Shown here: piece after piece, positions 10,385 through 18,638 of the stretch | How the letters are laid out: every line of letters begins with the position of its first letter | Numbering within the stretch: position 1 is the first letter of the stretch | From: Thermoplasmata archaeon | GTDB lineage: Archaea; Thermoplasmatota; Thermoplasmata; Lutacidiplasmatales; SKW197 | Direction of reading: 5' to 3' | Assembly (NCBI GenBank): GCA_026414225.1 | Contig: JAOAJK010000005.1 | Coordinates: 10,609-74,608 of the forward strand | Length of the DNA: 64,000 nt | Program-made: the position numbers and the translations under genes | The notes under the pieces: model-generated | Seen by the model: only the letters and a program-made list of their open reading frames with translations | The model's database searches: none | Told to the model about the DNA's origin: nothing

Positions 10385-11305
10385 ATGTTTCAGGTTCCTG
10401 ATCTCTATGAGGAATGTTTTACCCTCGTGAAGCAGATTCCTGCGGGAATGGTTTCCACATATGGAATTCTTGCAAAAGCCCTCGGAGATGAGATTGCGGC
10501 AAGGGCAGTGGGGCAAATGCTGGGGGAGAACCAGAATTCTTTTTTAAGGAGCGACTTGCCGGAGGAAAAACTCATTCCCTGCCACCGCGTGGTGTATGCG
10601 GATGGAAGAATCGGGGGTTTCACATCCGAAAAAGGGGTGGAGGATAAAATCAGATTGCTGGAGCGCGAGGGGGTGAGGGTTCAGGACGGGAAAGTTGCAG
10701 ATTTCCGGGAAAAACTTTTCCAGGATTTTGTTTCCTCGGAGCCCCTGAAAAGGTTGAGGGGCGAGCAGGAGAAACTTGCAGAAAAAATCTGGCTAGAGGA
10801 TGACTTCACGCTCGGGGAATTCGGGATTCTGGATGTGGCATACAGGGGCAGGAGAGGTTACTGTGCAATGGTGGTGTTTGACCTCAATGGAAGCCAGAGG
10901 ACAACCTTCGCGGCAACCGCGGAGATAAACTTCCCGTACATTCCCACATACCTTGCCTACAGGGAACTGCCCATGATACTGAAGGTACTGGAATACTACC
11001 GCCCATCGCTCCTTTTGATAGATGGAAACGGCATCCTGCATCCAAGAAAGATGGGGATTGCTGCCCATGCGGGGGTTGTGGCGGAGATCCCGTGCATCGG
11101 GGCTGCAAAGTCGCTGCTGGGGGGCCAGCTCGAAGGGGAGAAAATCTTCATCAGAGGGGAGCATGTGGGCTACAAGTGCGGGAAATACTATGTCTCACCC
11201 GGACACAGGGTTTCCATCGAAAGTGCGAGAAAGATTGTGGAACGGTATTCTCACCTGATTCCTTTGGCACACGGAGCCGCGAAGAGGACCGCAATCCTCA
11301 AATAA
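10385..11305 (+). CDS. bifunctional DNA-repair fusion: O6-alkylguanine-DNA alkyltransferase (MGMT/Ogt C-terminal domain) N-terminal, endonuclease V (Nfi) C-terminal
   Basis: N-terminal STYGILAKALG..AARAVGQMLG...IPCHRVV (PCHR active-site Cys of MGMT). C-terminal YIPTYLAYRELPMILKVL...LLLIDGNGILHPRKMGIAAHAGVV..PCIGAAKSLL matches endonuclease V family motifs. Confidence 0.85.
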   Translation: MFQVPDLYEECFTLVKQIPAGMVSTYGILAKALGDEIAARAVGQMLGENQNSFLRSDLPEEKLIPCHRVVYADGRIGGFTSEKGVEDKIRLLEREGVRVQDGKVADFREKLFQDFVSSEPLKRLRGEQEKLAEKIWLEDDFTLGEFGILDVAYRGRRGYCAMVVFDLNGSQRTTFAATAEINFPYIPTYLAYRELPMILKVLEYYRPSLLLIDGNGILHPRKMGIAAHAGVVAEIPCIGAAKSLLGGQLEGEKIFIRGEHVGYKCGKYYVSPGHRVSIESARKIVERYSHLIPLAHGAAKRTAILK

Positions 11306-11765
11306 TGTTCTTCAGCACATCTTCCAGCATCCGCTCACAGTACTTGCACCTGTACTTAACCGGCTTTTCCGAAACGAGAATAAAATCATGCTCCACTGGC
11401 TCTCCCGTGTTACTGATGCAATTGGGATTGGGGCATTTCATGATGCCCTTCGCCCTCTTCGGCAAACTTGCCTTGATCTTCTCCTTAACCTCGCCTTTTT
11501 CTATGATGCTGATCGTGGCACCCGGTGCAATCAACGCAATCTTATCCACCTCTGACTTCTTCAGTTCCCTCTCCTCAATCTTCAAGATGTCCTTCCAGCC
11601 AAGCTTATTGGAACGCACATGGATACCCAGGCTCACCGTGTACTTTATCTCCTGGACATCGAGCCCGAGAACCTTCAGCACCTTGAGACCCATGCCCGCG
11701 GGAATGTGGTCTATGACCGTGCCTTTCACGATCGGTGTGATTTTCAATTCACGCATCCATCTCAC
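11298..11765 (-). CDS. pyrI: aspartate carbamoyltransferase regulatory subunit
   Basis: 155 aa. ITPIVKGTVIDHIP at the N-terminus and a Cys4 zinc domain (CPNPNC...CKYC) at the C-terminus. Overlaps the 3' end of pyrB. Confidence 0.9.
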   Translation of the reverse strand: MRWMRELKITPIVKGTVIDHIPAGMGLKVLKVLGLDVQEIKYTVSLGIHVRSNKLGWKDILKIEERELKKSEVDKIALIAPGATISIIEKGEVKEKIKASLPKRAKGIMKCPNPNCISNTGEPVEHDFILVSEKPVKYRCKYCERMLEDVLKNII

Positions 11766-12699
11766 CTCCGAGCAGCAGGAGGAGAAGTGCCATTCTCACA
11801 GGCACTCCATTGAACGCCTGCTCAAAGTACATCGCGTGCTTTGTGGCATCTACATCAGGCGAGATTTCATTCACCCTTGGCAGGGGATGCATCACGATCG
11901 CATGCTTCTTTGCCCTTTCCAGCATCCTGGCATCCAGACGGAAGATGCCCGCGACCTTGTTGTATTCCTGGATGTCCGGGAAACGCTCCCTCTGGATCCG
12001 CGTCATGTAAAACACATCACACGACTCTATGACTTCCTCAAGGGCATTAAATTTCTGGGTTTTTGCACCCATTTCCTCAAGCGGGCCTATGATATGGTCT
12101 GGCATCTGCAGGGTTTCCGGGGCTACGAAGTAGAGATTTGCATTGAATTTTGCAAGGGCATGGGCGAGCGAGTGAACCGTCCTGCCATACTTCAAATCCC
12201 CGATGAGGGCTACATTTATATCTTCCAGTTTTCCCAGTTTCTCCTTCATTGTAAAGAGGTCGAGAAGTGTCTGGGTCGGATGCTGTCCCGCCCCATCACC
12301 TGCGTTAATAACTGGCTTGTCGGAAAACTCGGCAGCGAGCCGTGCCGCGCCCTCGTACTTGTGCCTGATGACAATCACATCGCTGTAGCTCGCGAGCATC
12401 CGCACCGTGTCCGCCAGCGTTTCACCCTTTGCCACCGAGGTGGTGGTTGCCTCCGAGAAACCCAGGCATTTACCGCCGAGCCGCAACATGGCTGATTCAA
12501 AAGAAAGCCGGGTCCTCGTGCTCGGCTCGAAGAAAGCCGTGCCCAGGATTTTGCCTTCGAGCGGTTTCACAACCCTTTTGCCCCGGGCAATGTCAACCAT
12601 CTTTTTCGCTGTCTGGAGAATGTGTTCAATTTCCTCGTTGCTCAGCTCCCTGATGGACACGATGTCCTTTCCGATAAAATCCTTATCCTGCATCAACAC
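11749..12699 (-). CDS. pyrB: aspartate carbamoyltransferase catalytic subunit
   Basis: 316 aa. FFEPSTRTRLSFE (STRTR carbamoyl-phosphate motif) and HPLPR..EI (aspartate-binding motif). Confidence 0.93.
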   Translation of the reverse strand: MLMQDKDFIGKDIVSIRELSNEEIEHILQTAKKMVDIARGKRVVKPLEGKILGTAFFEPSTRTRLSFESAMLRLGGKCLGFSEATTTSVAKGETLADTVRMLASYSDVIVIRHKYEGAARLAAEFSDKPVINAGDGAGQHPTQTLLDLFTMKEKLGKLEDINVALIGDLKYGRTVHSLAHALAKFNANLYFVAPETLQMPDHIIGPLEEMGAKTQKFNALEEVIESCDVFYMTRIQRERFPDIQEYNKVAGIFRLDARMLERAKKHAIVMHPLPRVNEISPDVDATKHAMYFEQAFNGVPVRMALLLLLLGGEMDA

Positions 12700-12769
12700 C
12701 CAAATGTATGTATGATATAAAGGTTTTCAGCGCCCTGCAACCCCATGCAGTCCAGCAACGCAGACTGGC

Positions 12770-13930
12770 TCACTGGTCTTTCCTGACCCTTTCCACAATT
12801 GCAAGAAGTTTCTCATCGCTCACATACCCCTCCCTTGTTCCCGCGCTCTTGACTTCGAGAAGCACTTTCTCAATTTCTTCCTCAGAAATCTGGAGCCCGT
12901 GCCTCTGAAGCTTTGCCCTGAGGACACCCCTCCCGGAGTGTTTCCCGAGCAGGATTCTCCGTTCCTTTGCAAGCACTGAAGGAGACACTGGCTCGTAGGT
13001 GAAGGGATTTTCAAGCACTGCAATTGCATGGATGCCAGAGGCATGGGTGAAGATGTTTTCGCCAATCCATGGCTGGTTTTTGTTAATCGGGAGTTTGGTA
13101 TGCGTGCTCACAACCTCCGCAACCTTCTGGAGTTTCGAAGGGTCTATTCCTGTCTCCACTCCACGCATGTATTTGGCTGCCATCACGAACTGTTCAAGCG
13201 AGAGATTCCCTGTCCGCTCGCCGATGCCCATCACCGTGACTGCGAAAGCATCTGCACCCGCATCGAGCCCTGCAAGGGCATTTGCACATGCAAGCCCGAA
13301 ATCATTGTGGAGGTGAAGGGAAACGGGCAGGTTGTAGCTTGTTTTTAGCGTCCTCACGAGAAAGGTTATGGCTCCAGGGTCTGCACATCCCACCGTATCG
13401 GTGATACCTATCCGCCGCACACCCTGTTCAGATGCCATTCCGTAGATTTCATGGAGAAAATCGATTTCAGTTCTCGTTGTGTCCTCAGTGCTGAAGCACA
13501 CATTGAGACCCAGATTTCTTGCATACTCGATGCTTTTCCTCGCAGCTTCCAGAATCTCTCCCTTCGTCATTTTCAATTTCCAGCGTCTGTGCAGTTCCGA
13601 GGTGGCAATGAACAGCAACACAAGGTCTATGTTGCACTCGGCACAGGCCTCAATATCTTCCTTCCTGCATCTTGAAAGCCCGAGAATTTTTGCACTGGTT
13701 GTGTGTTTTATCTCCTTGATTGCAATTCGTTCCTCCTCTGAAACCGCCGGATACCCTGCCTCTATCTCCCTCACGCCAGCATCTGCCAGTGCATGGGCAA
13801 TCTCCAGTTTCTGCTCCGTTGTGAAGGCGATGCCCGGCATCTGCTCTCCATCACGGAGCGTTGTATCATAGACAATTACCTCACGCTTTCGCTCGGGAGT
13901 TCTGTTGTACGGGCTCAGGGCTGCGTCCAT
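12770..13930 (-). CDS. 2-isopropylmalate synthase/homocitrate synthase/citramalate synthase family enzyme (short form lacking the LeuA regulatory domain)
   Basis: 386 aa. YDTTLRDGEQ (DRE-TIM metallolyase motif) and HLHNDFGLACANALAGL..GAD (HxH metal site). The length fits AksA/NifV/CimA-like short forms. Confidence 0.8.
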   Translation of the reverse strand: MDAALSPYNRTPERKREVIVYDTTLRDGEQMPGIAFTTEQKLEIAHALADAGVREIEAGYPAVSEEERIAIKEIKHTTSAKILGLSRCRKEDIEACAECNIDLVLLFIATSELHRRWKLKMTKGEILEAARKSIEYARNLGLNVCFSTEDTTRTEIDFLHEIYGMASEQGVRRIGITDTVGCADPGAITFLVRTLKTSYNLPVSLHLHNDFGLACANALAGLDAGADAFAVTVMGIGERTGNLSLEQFVMAAKYMRGVETGIDPSKLQKVAEVVSTHTKLPINKNQPWIGENIFTHASGIHAIAVLENPFTYEPVSPSVLAKERRILLGKHSGRGVLRAKLQRHGLQISEEEIEKVLLEVKSAGTREGYVSDEKLLAIVERVRKDQ

Positions 13931-13956
13931 TTTCTGACCTCTGGTTTTTGTTTTTC

Positions 13957-14045
13957 TGGCGCTGAGGAGGAGATTTGAACTCCTGAGGGCTTTTGGCCCA
14001 CTAGATCTCGAGTCTAGCGCCTTAGCCGGGCTAGGCTACCTCAGC
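13957..14045 (-). tRNA. tRNA-Ser (anticodon CGA), class II with long variable arm, CCA encoded
   Basis: Hand-folded reverse complement GCUGAGG..(D-stem GCC/GGC, 12-nt D-loop)..CUAGA-CUCGAGA-UCUAG (anticodon CGA)..16-nt variable arm..AGGAGUUCAAAUCUCCU..CCUCAGC-G-CCA. Confidence 0.85.
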
Positions 14046-14093
14046 ATCCAGCACACTGGTGCCAGCCTTGAATCACTTCTTGAGAAATTGAAG

Positions 14094-14167
14094 TGCAGGT
14101 GCCGGGATTTGAACCCGGGCAATTAGCTTGGAGGGCTAATATCCTAGCCAGACTAGATCACACCTGC
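14094..14167 (-). tRNA. tRNA-Gly (anticodon UCC, tentative)
   Basis: Reverse complement GCAGGUG..UUAGC-CCUCCAA-GCUAA..CCGGGUUCAAAUCCCGG..CACCUGC-A folds as a 74-nt cloverleaf. The anticodon loop reads CCUCCAA with anticodon UCC but an unusual C33. No CCA encoded. Confidence 0.65.
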
Positions 14168-14229
14168 TCGATTTCTGATATAATGAAGGGTATATAGAGG
14201 TTACGATTTCAATGTCTGGCATTTTGGTT

Positions 14230-16167
14230 TCATGCCTCTTCTTCTTCGGTTTCCTCTTCCTCGGCTGCTTCCTTCCGCTTCCCGAACCTGTGGAGCAGGA
14301 GCATGTTTGCCGCCTCCATTATGTCGTCCTGGGTAACATGGTCTCGTCCTTCAAATGCCGCATTTGTCCTTGCAATCTCATCCACAAGCACATCCACATT
14401 GGTTCCCTGTTTATCGAGCACGCACATTCTGGCAATCACCGCCATCATCTTGTTCGAAATGGTCACGGTTGGAAGGATTGACCGCGCCTTCATTATCTTG
14501 GATGTGAGCTCCTCCTCGTCCTTTGCATATTTGTCCCTGAATTTTTCAGGGTCCTTGTTGAACTCCCGGACCCTCTTAATCACCTCTATTCTCTGCTCCA
14601 GGTCCTTTATCGACTCCACATGCACATGGAGCGCCATCCTGTTCAGGATGTGGAGAACTTCCTCCTCCTCGGGCTTCAAATTTTCAACCACAACCATCGG
14701 GTGGGAGTTGTTGAGCCTCTCGGTGTGGATGCTCAGGCAGGCGTTGTTGAGAACCGTATCAATCATATAGGTTGCCTGCCCGTTTTTCGAGAAAATGTTG
14801 CCTGTGAGATACCTATCTTCCTCCCACCATTCCTTCAGGACCGTACCCGAAGTAGCATCAACGGAGATAATCTGTTCCTTGATTTCCGATAGACAGTGGG
14901 CGAGGCCGAGCACCGCGGTGTATTTTCCATTCCCCTCATTTCCCCAGATGAGCACCCCTCCTATCTTCGGGTTGATTGCACTCAGGATGAGGGCCCTCTT
15001 CATGTTCTCCTGCCCCACAATTGCGGTGAAAGGATAAGGGGTCTTCTTTATTTTCCTGCTCAGCACGCCATATGCTCCTCTCTGCAAAAATTTGGCTTTA
15101 ATCTCTGCCTCAATTGTCTTCCGCATCTCCTCCGCTTTCTTCTCCATCTTTTCCTGATATGCCTTTTCAAGTCCCTCCTGCTTCTTCTTGTATTCAATCT
15201 CATAGCTTTCCTTCAGCTGTTCCGTTTTCTTCGCAAACTCAAGTTCCAGCTGTGCCCGGATTGCATTCTCCATTTTCTTGAGTTCATTCTCCATTTCCTT
15301 TTCAAGCCGCTCTTCCTTGGTTCTGTATTCAATCTCAAGCTTGTTCCGGATCTCCTCCTCGTGTTTCTTGAATTCAAGTTCCATCTTTGCCCTGATGGAC
15401 TCCTCGGCTTTCCTTATCTCCATGTTCATTTCGCGCTCTCTTTCCTGGTCCCTTGCCTTGAATTCAAGCTCGAGCTTTGTCCGTATGTCCTCCTCCTTCT
15501 TCTTCAGTTCAAGTTCCATCCTTGAACGCAGGTTGCTCTCTGCGTCCTCCAGCTTTGCGGCCATCTGCTCTGCAAGTTCCTCCTCCTTCTTCTTCAGTTC
15601 CATCTCACTCCTTGTGCGCAGCTCCTCCTCCCTCTTCTTGAGCTCCAGTTCCATTTTAGACCGGAGGTTCTCCTCAGCTTTCCGCATCTCTTCTGCGAAC
15701 TTCTGGGCACGGATTTCCTCCGCCTTCTTTGCTTCCAGCTCAAATCTCTCCTTGAGCTCGTCCTCCTTCTTCCTGAGTTCCAGTTCAAGTTTCGCCTTCA
15801 TTGCTTCTATTTCTTCCTCCAGCTTCTCCCGGTATTGCTCTGCAATCTCCTTCTCACTTTCCTTAAGCTGGGCTTCAAATGTTTTTCTCAGTTCCACCTC
15901 CTTTGCAGCAATCTCAGCGCTCATTTTCGCCCTGGCTTCCTCGAACGTCTTGGAACGGATTTCTTCCTCCCTCTTCTTAAAATCCTGTTCCAGCTTGGAG
16001 ATTACATGGGCTTCAATTCCCTTGCGGAGAGCTTTTTCCCGCTCCGCAAACTCGTCTTCCAACTTTTTTCTGAGTTCCTCGGTTTTCTTTTTGATGCCTT
16101 CAGCAATCTTTTTCTGGATGAATTTCATCTCAACATCTTCTTCAGATTCCATTTCATCTTCGGGCAT
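14230..16167 (-). CDS. coiled-coil protein with C-terminal degenerate (pseudo-ATPase) ChlI-like AAA+ domain; paralog of the gene at 1-1986
   Basis: 645 aa. Residues about 20-360 are E/K/R-rich heptad coiled coil including 5 tandem 45-aa repeats. The C-terminal domain aligns to the ChlI domain of the first gene ([32 protein letters not shown].., EVIKRVREFNKDPEKFRDKYAKDEEEL vs [27 protein letters not shown]). Walker A is GNEGNGKY, Walker B is MIDTVLNN (E lost) and the Arg-finger segment is replaced, so it is predicted catalytically inactive. Confidence 0.75.
   Translation of the reverse strand: MPEDEMESEEDVEMKFIQKKIAEGIKKKTEELRKKLEDEFAEREKALRKGIEAHVISKLEQDFKKREEEIRSKTFEEARAKMSAEIAAKEVELRKTFEAQLKESEKEIAEQYREKLEEEIEAMKAKLELELRKKEDELKERFELEAKKAEEIRAQKFAEEMRKAEENLRSKMELELKKREEELRTRSEMELKKKEEELAEQMAAKLEDAESNLRSRMELELKKKEEDIRTKLELEFKARDQEREREMNMEIRKAEESIRAKMELEFKKHEEEIRNKLEIEYRTKEERLEKEMENELKKMENAIRAQLELEFAKKTEQLKESYEIEYKKKQEGLEKAYQEKMEKKAEEMRKTIEAEIKAKFLQRGAYGVLSRKIKKTPYPFTAIVGQENMKRALILSAINPKIGGVLIWGNEGNGKYTAVLGLAHCLSEIKEQIISVDATSGTVLKEWWEEDRYLTGNIFSKNGQATYMIDTVLNNACLSIHTERLNNSHPMVVVENLKPEEEEVLHILNRMALHVHVESIKDLEQRIEVIKRVREFNKDPEKFRDKYAKDEEELTSKIMKARSILPTVTISNKMMAVIARMCVLDKQGTNVDVLVDEIARTNAAFEGRDHVTQDDIMEAANMLLLHRFGKRKEAAEEEETEEEEA
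15118..15810 (-). repeat. five tandem ~135-bp (45-aa) coding repeats inside the coiled-coil gene
   Basis: Protein units KMELELKKREEELRTRSEMELKKKEEELAEQMAAKLEDAESNLRS / RMELELKKKEEDIRTKLELEFKARDQEREREMNMEIRKAEESIRA / KMELEFKKHEEEIRNKLEIEYRTKEERLEKEMENELKKMENAIRA / QLELEFAKKTEQLKESYEIEYKKKQEGLEKAYQEKMEKKAEEMRK. At the DNA level this is GAA/GAG/AAG-rich periodic sequence. Confidence 0.7.
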
Positions 16168-16227
16168 AATTCACCACGAGCAAGCAAATACTTCCAAATA
16201 CTTATTTGTATCGGAATGCCAACCGCT

Positions 16228-17061
16228 TTACCCGTGCAAAAATTTCCTGTTGGCCTCCAGCATCCGGTTTTCCATACCCAGAAATTCTGCGAAGGTGTAA
16301 ATTTCTGGGTGGTCGTAAACTGCCCTACAACGCTCCCTGTATGCGAGGTCCCGCAGGAGATGGTGGTCAAGAATAATTCTAGCACCAGTTTTCTCGACAA
16401 TTCTCACCATGTTGGCATTGGCCCGTTCCAGGTCCCTTGCACTGAACTTCCACCCGAGAAAGTAGGAAGGTGGACCATCAATAACGAGGATGTCGGGTTC
16501 CATCTCTATCAGGATATCGGCGCTTTCTTCAACGATGGGCCCCTGCACATCGGAGGCATGGACCAGCACTTCTCCCTTCGCCTCTATTCTGGTCGCAACA
16601 ACAAAACCCAGCTTGCTCCTTTCATTGCCATGTGGTAACGGTCTCGAGAAGGAAATTTTCGTGTTACCAATGCCGAACTCCTGTCCATCGCAGATAACCA
16701 GCTCTGCCCTTCTGTCAAACTTCTCAAAAAAGAATGCCGCTCTTTCTTTCTGGCTCCTGTTTATGTTTTTCTTCGGATCTTTCACAAAAACCTTTTTTCC
16801 AGCCCAGAAATTCTCATCCGGGTCATGGTGATCATAGTGGTAGTGGGAAATCACGAACGCATCGCAATCCATTGCCTTTTCCCGGATTTCCCTTTTGAAT
16901 TTATCAAGTGCCTCCCACTCTTCTGGAACAGGGGGTAGCCCGTAACGGCTCGGTCCAAGGGCAGCACTCGGGTCTATGAGCACCGCCAGATCTTCAGTTT
17001 CCACAAAGACGCAGAGCGAGCGAACACCCATTGAATCCGAGCAAACGGGCCTCACAATCAC
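16228..17061 (-). CDS. metallo-beta-lactamase-fold hydrolase (archaeal UPF0282-like)
   Basis: 277 aa. The ISHYHYDHHDPDE motif (HxHxDH zinc site) and additional conserved H/D downstream. 4-nt overlap with the upstream AbfD gene suggests co-transcription. Confidence 0.7.
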   Translation of the reverse strand: MIVRPVCSDSMGVRSLCVFVETEDLAVLIDPSAALGPSRYGLPPVPEEWEALDKFKREIREKAMDCDAFVISHYHYDHHDPDENFWAGKKVFVKDPKKNINRSQKERAAFFFEKFDRRAELVICDGQEFGIGNTKISFSRPLPHGNERSKLGFVVATRIEAKGEVLVHASDVQGPIVEESADILIEMEPDILVIDGPPSYFLGWKFSARDLERANANMVRIVEKTGARIILDHHLLRDLAYRERCRAVYDHPEIYTFAEFLGMENRMLEANRKFLHG

Positions 17062-18521
17062 TTTTTCTTCTCCTCCCTCACCCTGATGTCCTCGGACACA
17101 TCCGCGAGCCGCTTTGCAAGCTCCAGATAGAAACCATCGAAATCAAGGTTTCTGCGGATAACAAGCTTCGCCGCATCCGGGCTTCCACCACCGTGCATGC
17201 ACCCTGGAACCCCGAGTCCCATCGTAGCATACTCGATCAGCCGCGCAACTCTCAGGCGGGATTCGGCACTCGCCTTTCCCTTGCAGTATTTTTTCACAAG
17301 CTTCCCGAGCTCGGGATGCATGAAGTCCTGGTAGGAGGGCACACACCCAACTTCCCCAATCCCTCCTGCAATCTCCTGGCATATCACCGACTGTTCGTAG
17401 GGCAGGGTAGCCACATGGATCTTGGTTACCGATGAGAGGAGGTCATCAGGGAAGAATGCCCCGCTCTCATGCTTTTTTCCCAGGGCACACGCGGCAGCCC
17501 CGCAACCGAACAGAGTTTCGTTCATCACGCCCATCCTTGTCAGCTTTTCGTTGAAGGGTTTACTCCCCAGCCCATTGATGTGCGACATTGCAACCGCGGA
17601 ACCAATCTTTATGTCGCCCTGCCCGGCAACGCACCCGCCCATCGTGCTCCGCTCACACGCAGCAAACCGCATAACGCAGGGTCCAGCAAACTCCGTGGTT
17701 TCAAGGAAGAAAATTCTGTCCTCAGGAACAAAAACATCGTTGAAGAATATCCAGCTCTCGGAAACCCCTCCCTTCTCACAGCCCTTATCAAACCCATCTT
17801 CGAGCTTTCTTGTCTCACCAGTTCGCCGGTTCTCGATAAGCACCAGGTTTTCTGCGTCTCTTGGGATAGCAAAAGCCACCGCATACTCTTTCTCATCCTC
17901 CCTGAGCCCCGTCGTTGGCATCACAATAAGCTCATTTGCAGCGACCGCACCAGAAATCATCACCTTCGCACCTCGGACCACTACCCCGTTGCCCCGTTTT
18001 TCCACAACATGGAGATAGGCATCCTTGTCCTCCTGCTGCCCCGGTGATAGGGCCCTGTTACCCTTTGCATCCGTGATTGCCCCTGCGATAGCCAAATCTT
18101 CATTCTGGGCAAATTCAAGCCATTTTCTAAATCGGGTATGATAGTCAGTGCCGTGCTTCTTGTCAATTTCGTAAGTGGTTGCCCAGAGTGCATTGATTCC
18201 GCTCCAGCCGACACACCTTCCGCCGGTGCAGGTGCCTGTTTGCTGGAACATCAACCGCTTGATCTTTATGTTGGCAATTGCATCGTCCCTGGTTTCCATC
18301 ACCGAAAGGTAGCGGTTAATTTTTTTTCTAGTAAGATTGGAAGTTGTTGTGAGAAGTTCCTGGTACTCCGGCATCAGTGCCATCTCGTAAATTCTTGCCA
18401 CACCTTTGATTGTGTATTTTGTCGTGCCGTGGGTCGTGACATCCTCGATCAACTTTCCAAACTGGTAAACATTGCTCCGCATTTTTCTGATGCTCTCAAC
18501 ATACTCCTCTGCTGTCTTCAT
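17058..18521 (-). CDS. abfD: 4-hydroxybutyryl-CoA dehydratase / vinylacetyl-CoA delta-isomerase family (AbfD/HpaB-like flavoprotein)
   Basis: Recalled similarity to Clostridium AbfD: MKTAEEYVESIRKMRSNVYQFGKLIED.., VEKRGNGVVVRGAK, FNDVFVPEDRIF, and Cys/His cluster ligand regions. The start is placed at MKTAEEY (ATG 18521) rather than the ORF-track upstream Met, giving 487 aa. Confidence 0.82.
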   Translation of the reverse strand: MKTAEEYVESIRKMRSNVYQFGKLIEDVTTHGTTKYTIKGVARIYEMALMPEYQELLTTTSNLTRKKINRYLSVMETRDDAIANIKIKRLMFQQTGTCTGGRCVGWSGINALWATTYEIDKKHGTDYHTRFRKWLEFAQNEDLAIAGAITDAKGNRALSPGQQEDKDAYLHVVEKRGNGVVVRGAKVMISGAVAANELIVMPTTGLREDEKEYAVAFAIPRDAENLVLIENRRTGETRKLEDGFDKGCEKGGVSESWIFFNDVFVPEDRIFFLETTEFAGPCVMRFAACERSTMGGCVAGQGDIKIGSAVAMSHINGLGSKPFNEKLTRMGVMNETLFGCGAAACALGKKHESGAFFPDDLLSSVTKIHVATLPYEQSVICQEIAGGIGEVGCVPSYQDFMHPELGKLVKKYCKGKASAESRLRVARLIEYATMGLGVPGCMHGGGSPDAAKLVIRRNLDFDGFYLELAKRLADVSEDIRVREEKKK

Positions 18522-18589
18522 GATTGGTGGAAGGCAGGGAAAAAGATAAAGGTTTAGGTAACGGTAGGTTGGATCAACATTTGGCACCT

Positions 18590-18612
18590 GCAATAACCTT
18601 AAAATACCATCC
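18590..18612. promoter_or_regulatory. near-palindromic TATA element (CCTTAAAATACC) in the ~117-bp divergent region between abfD and the ferredoxin-AOR operon; candidate bidirectional promoter
   Basis: TTAAAATA lies about 30-35 nt upstream of the ferredoxin ATG (18639). Its reverse complement GGTATTTTAAGG lies 70-80 nt upstream of the abfD ATG on the other strand. Confidence 0.3.
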
Positions 18613-18638
18613 TCCATTTACATTTTATCGGTGTTTGG

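Noticed and set aside
11092-12495. 467-aa ORF on the + strand
   Set aside because: Lies entirely antisense to pyrI/pyrB, which have unmistakable motifs. Its product is low-complexity and Cys/Arg/His-rich. It is a shadow ORF.
14094-14167. alternative reading of this tRNA as a pseudogene because of C33 in the anticodon loop
   Set aside because: All four stems pair cleanly, and the T-arm and acceptor are canonical and near-identical to the intron-containing tRNA at 36962-37105. I keep it as a functional tRNA and flag the isotype as tentative.
15278-16300. 340-aa Ser/Phe/Leu-rich ORF on the + strand
   Set aside because: It is the antisense reading of the GAA/GAG/AAG-rich coiled-coil repeats of the gene at 14230-16167, which gives TTC/CTC/TCT codons. 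It has no start context and extreme composition.
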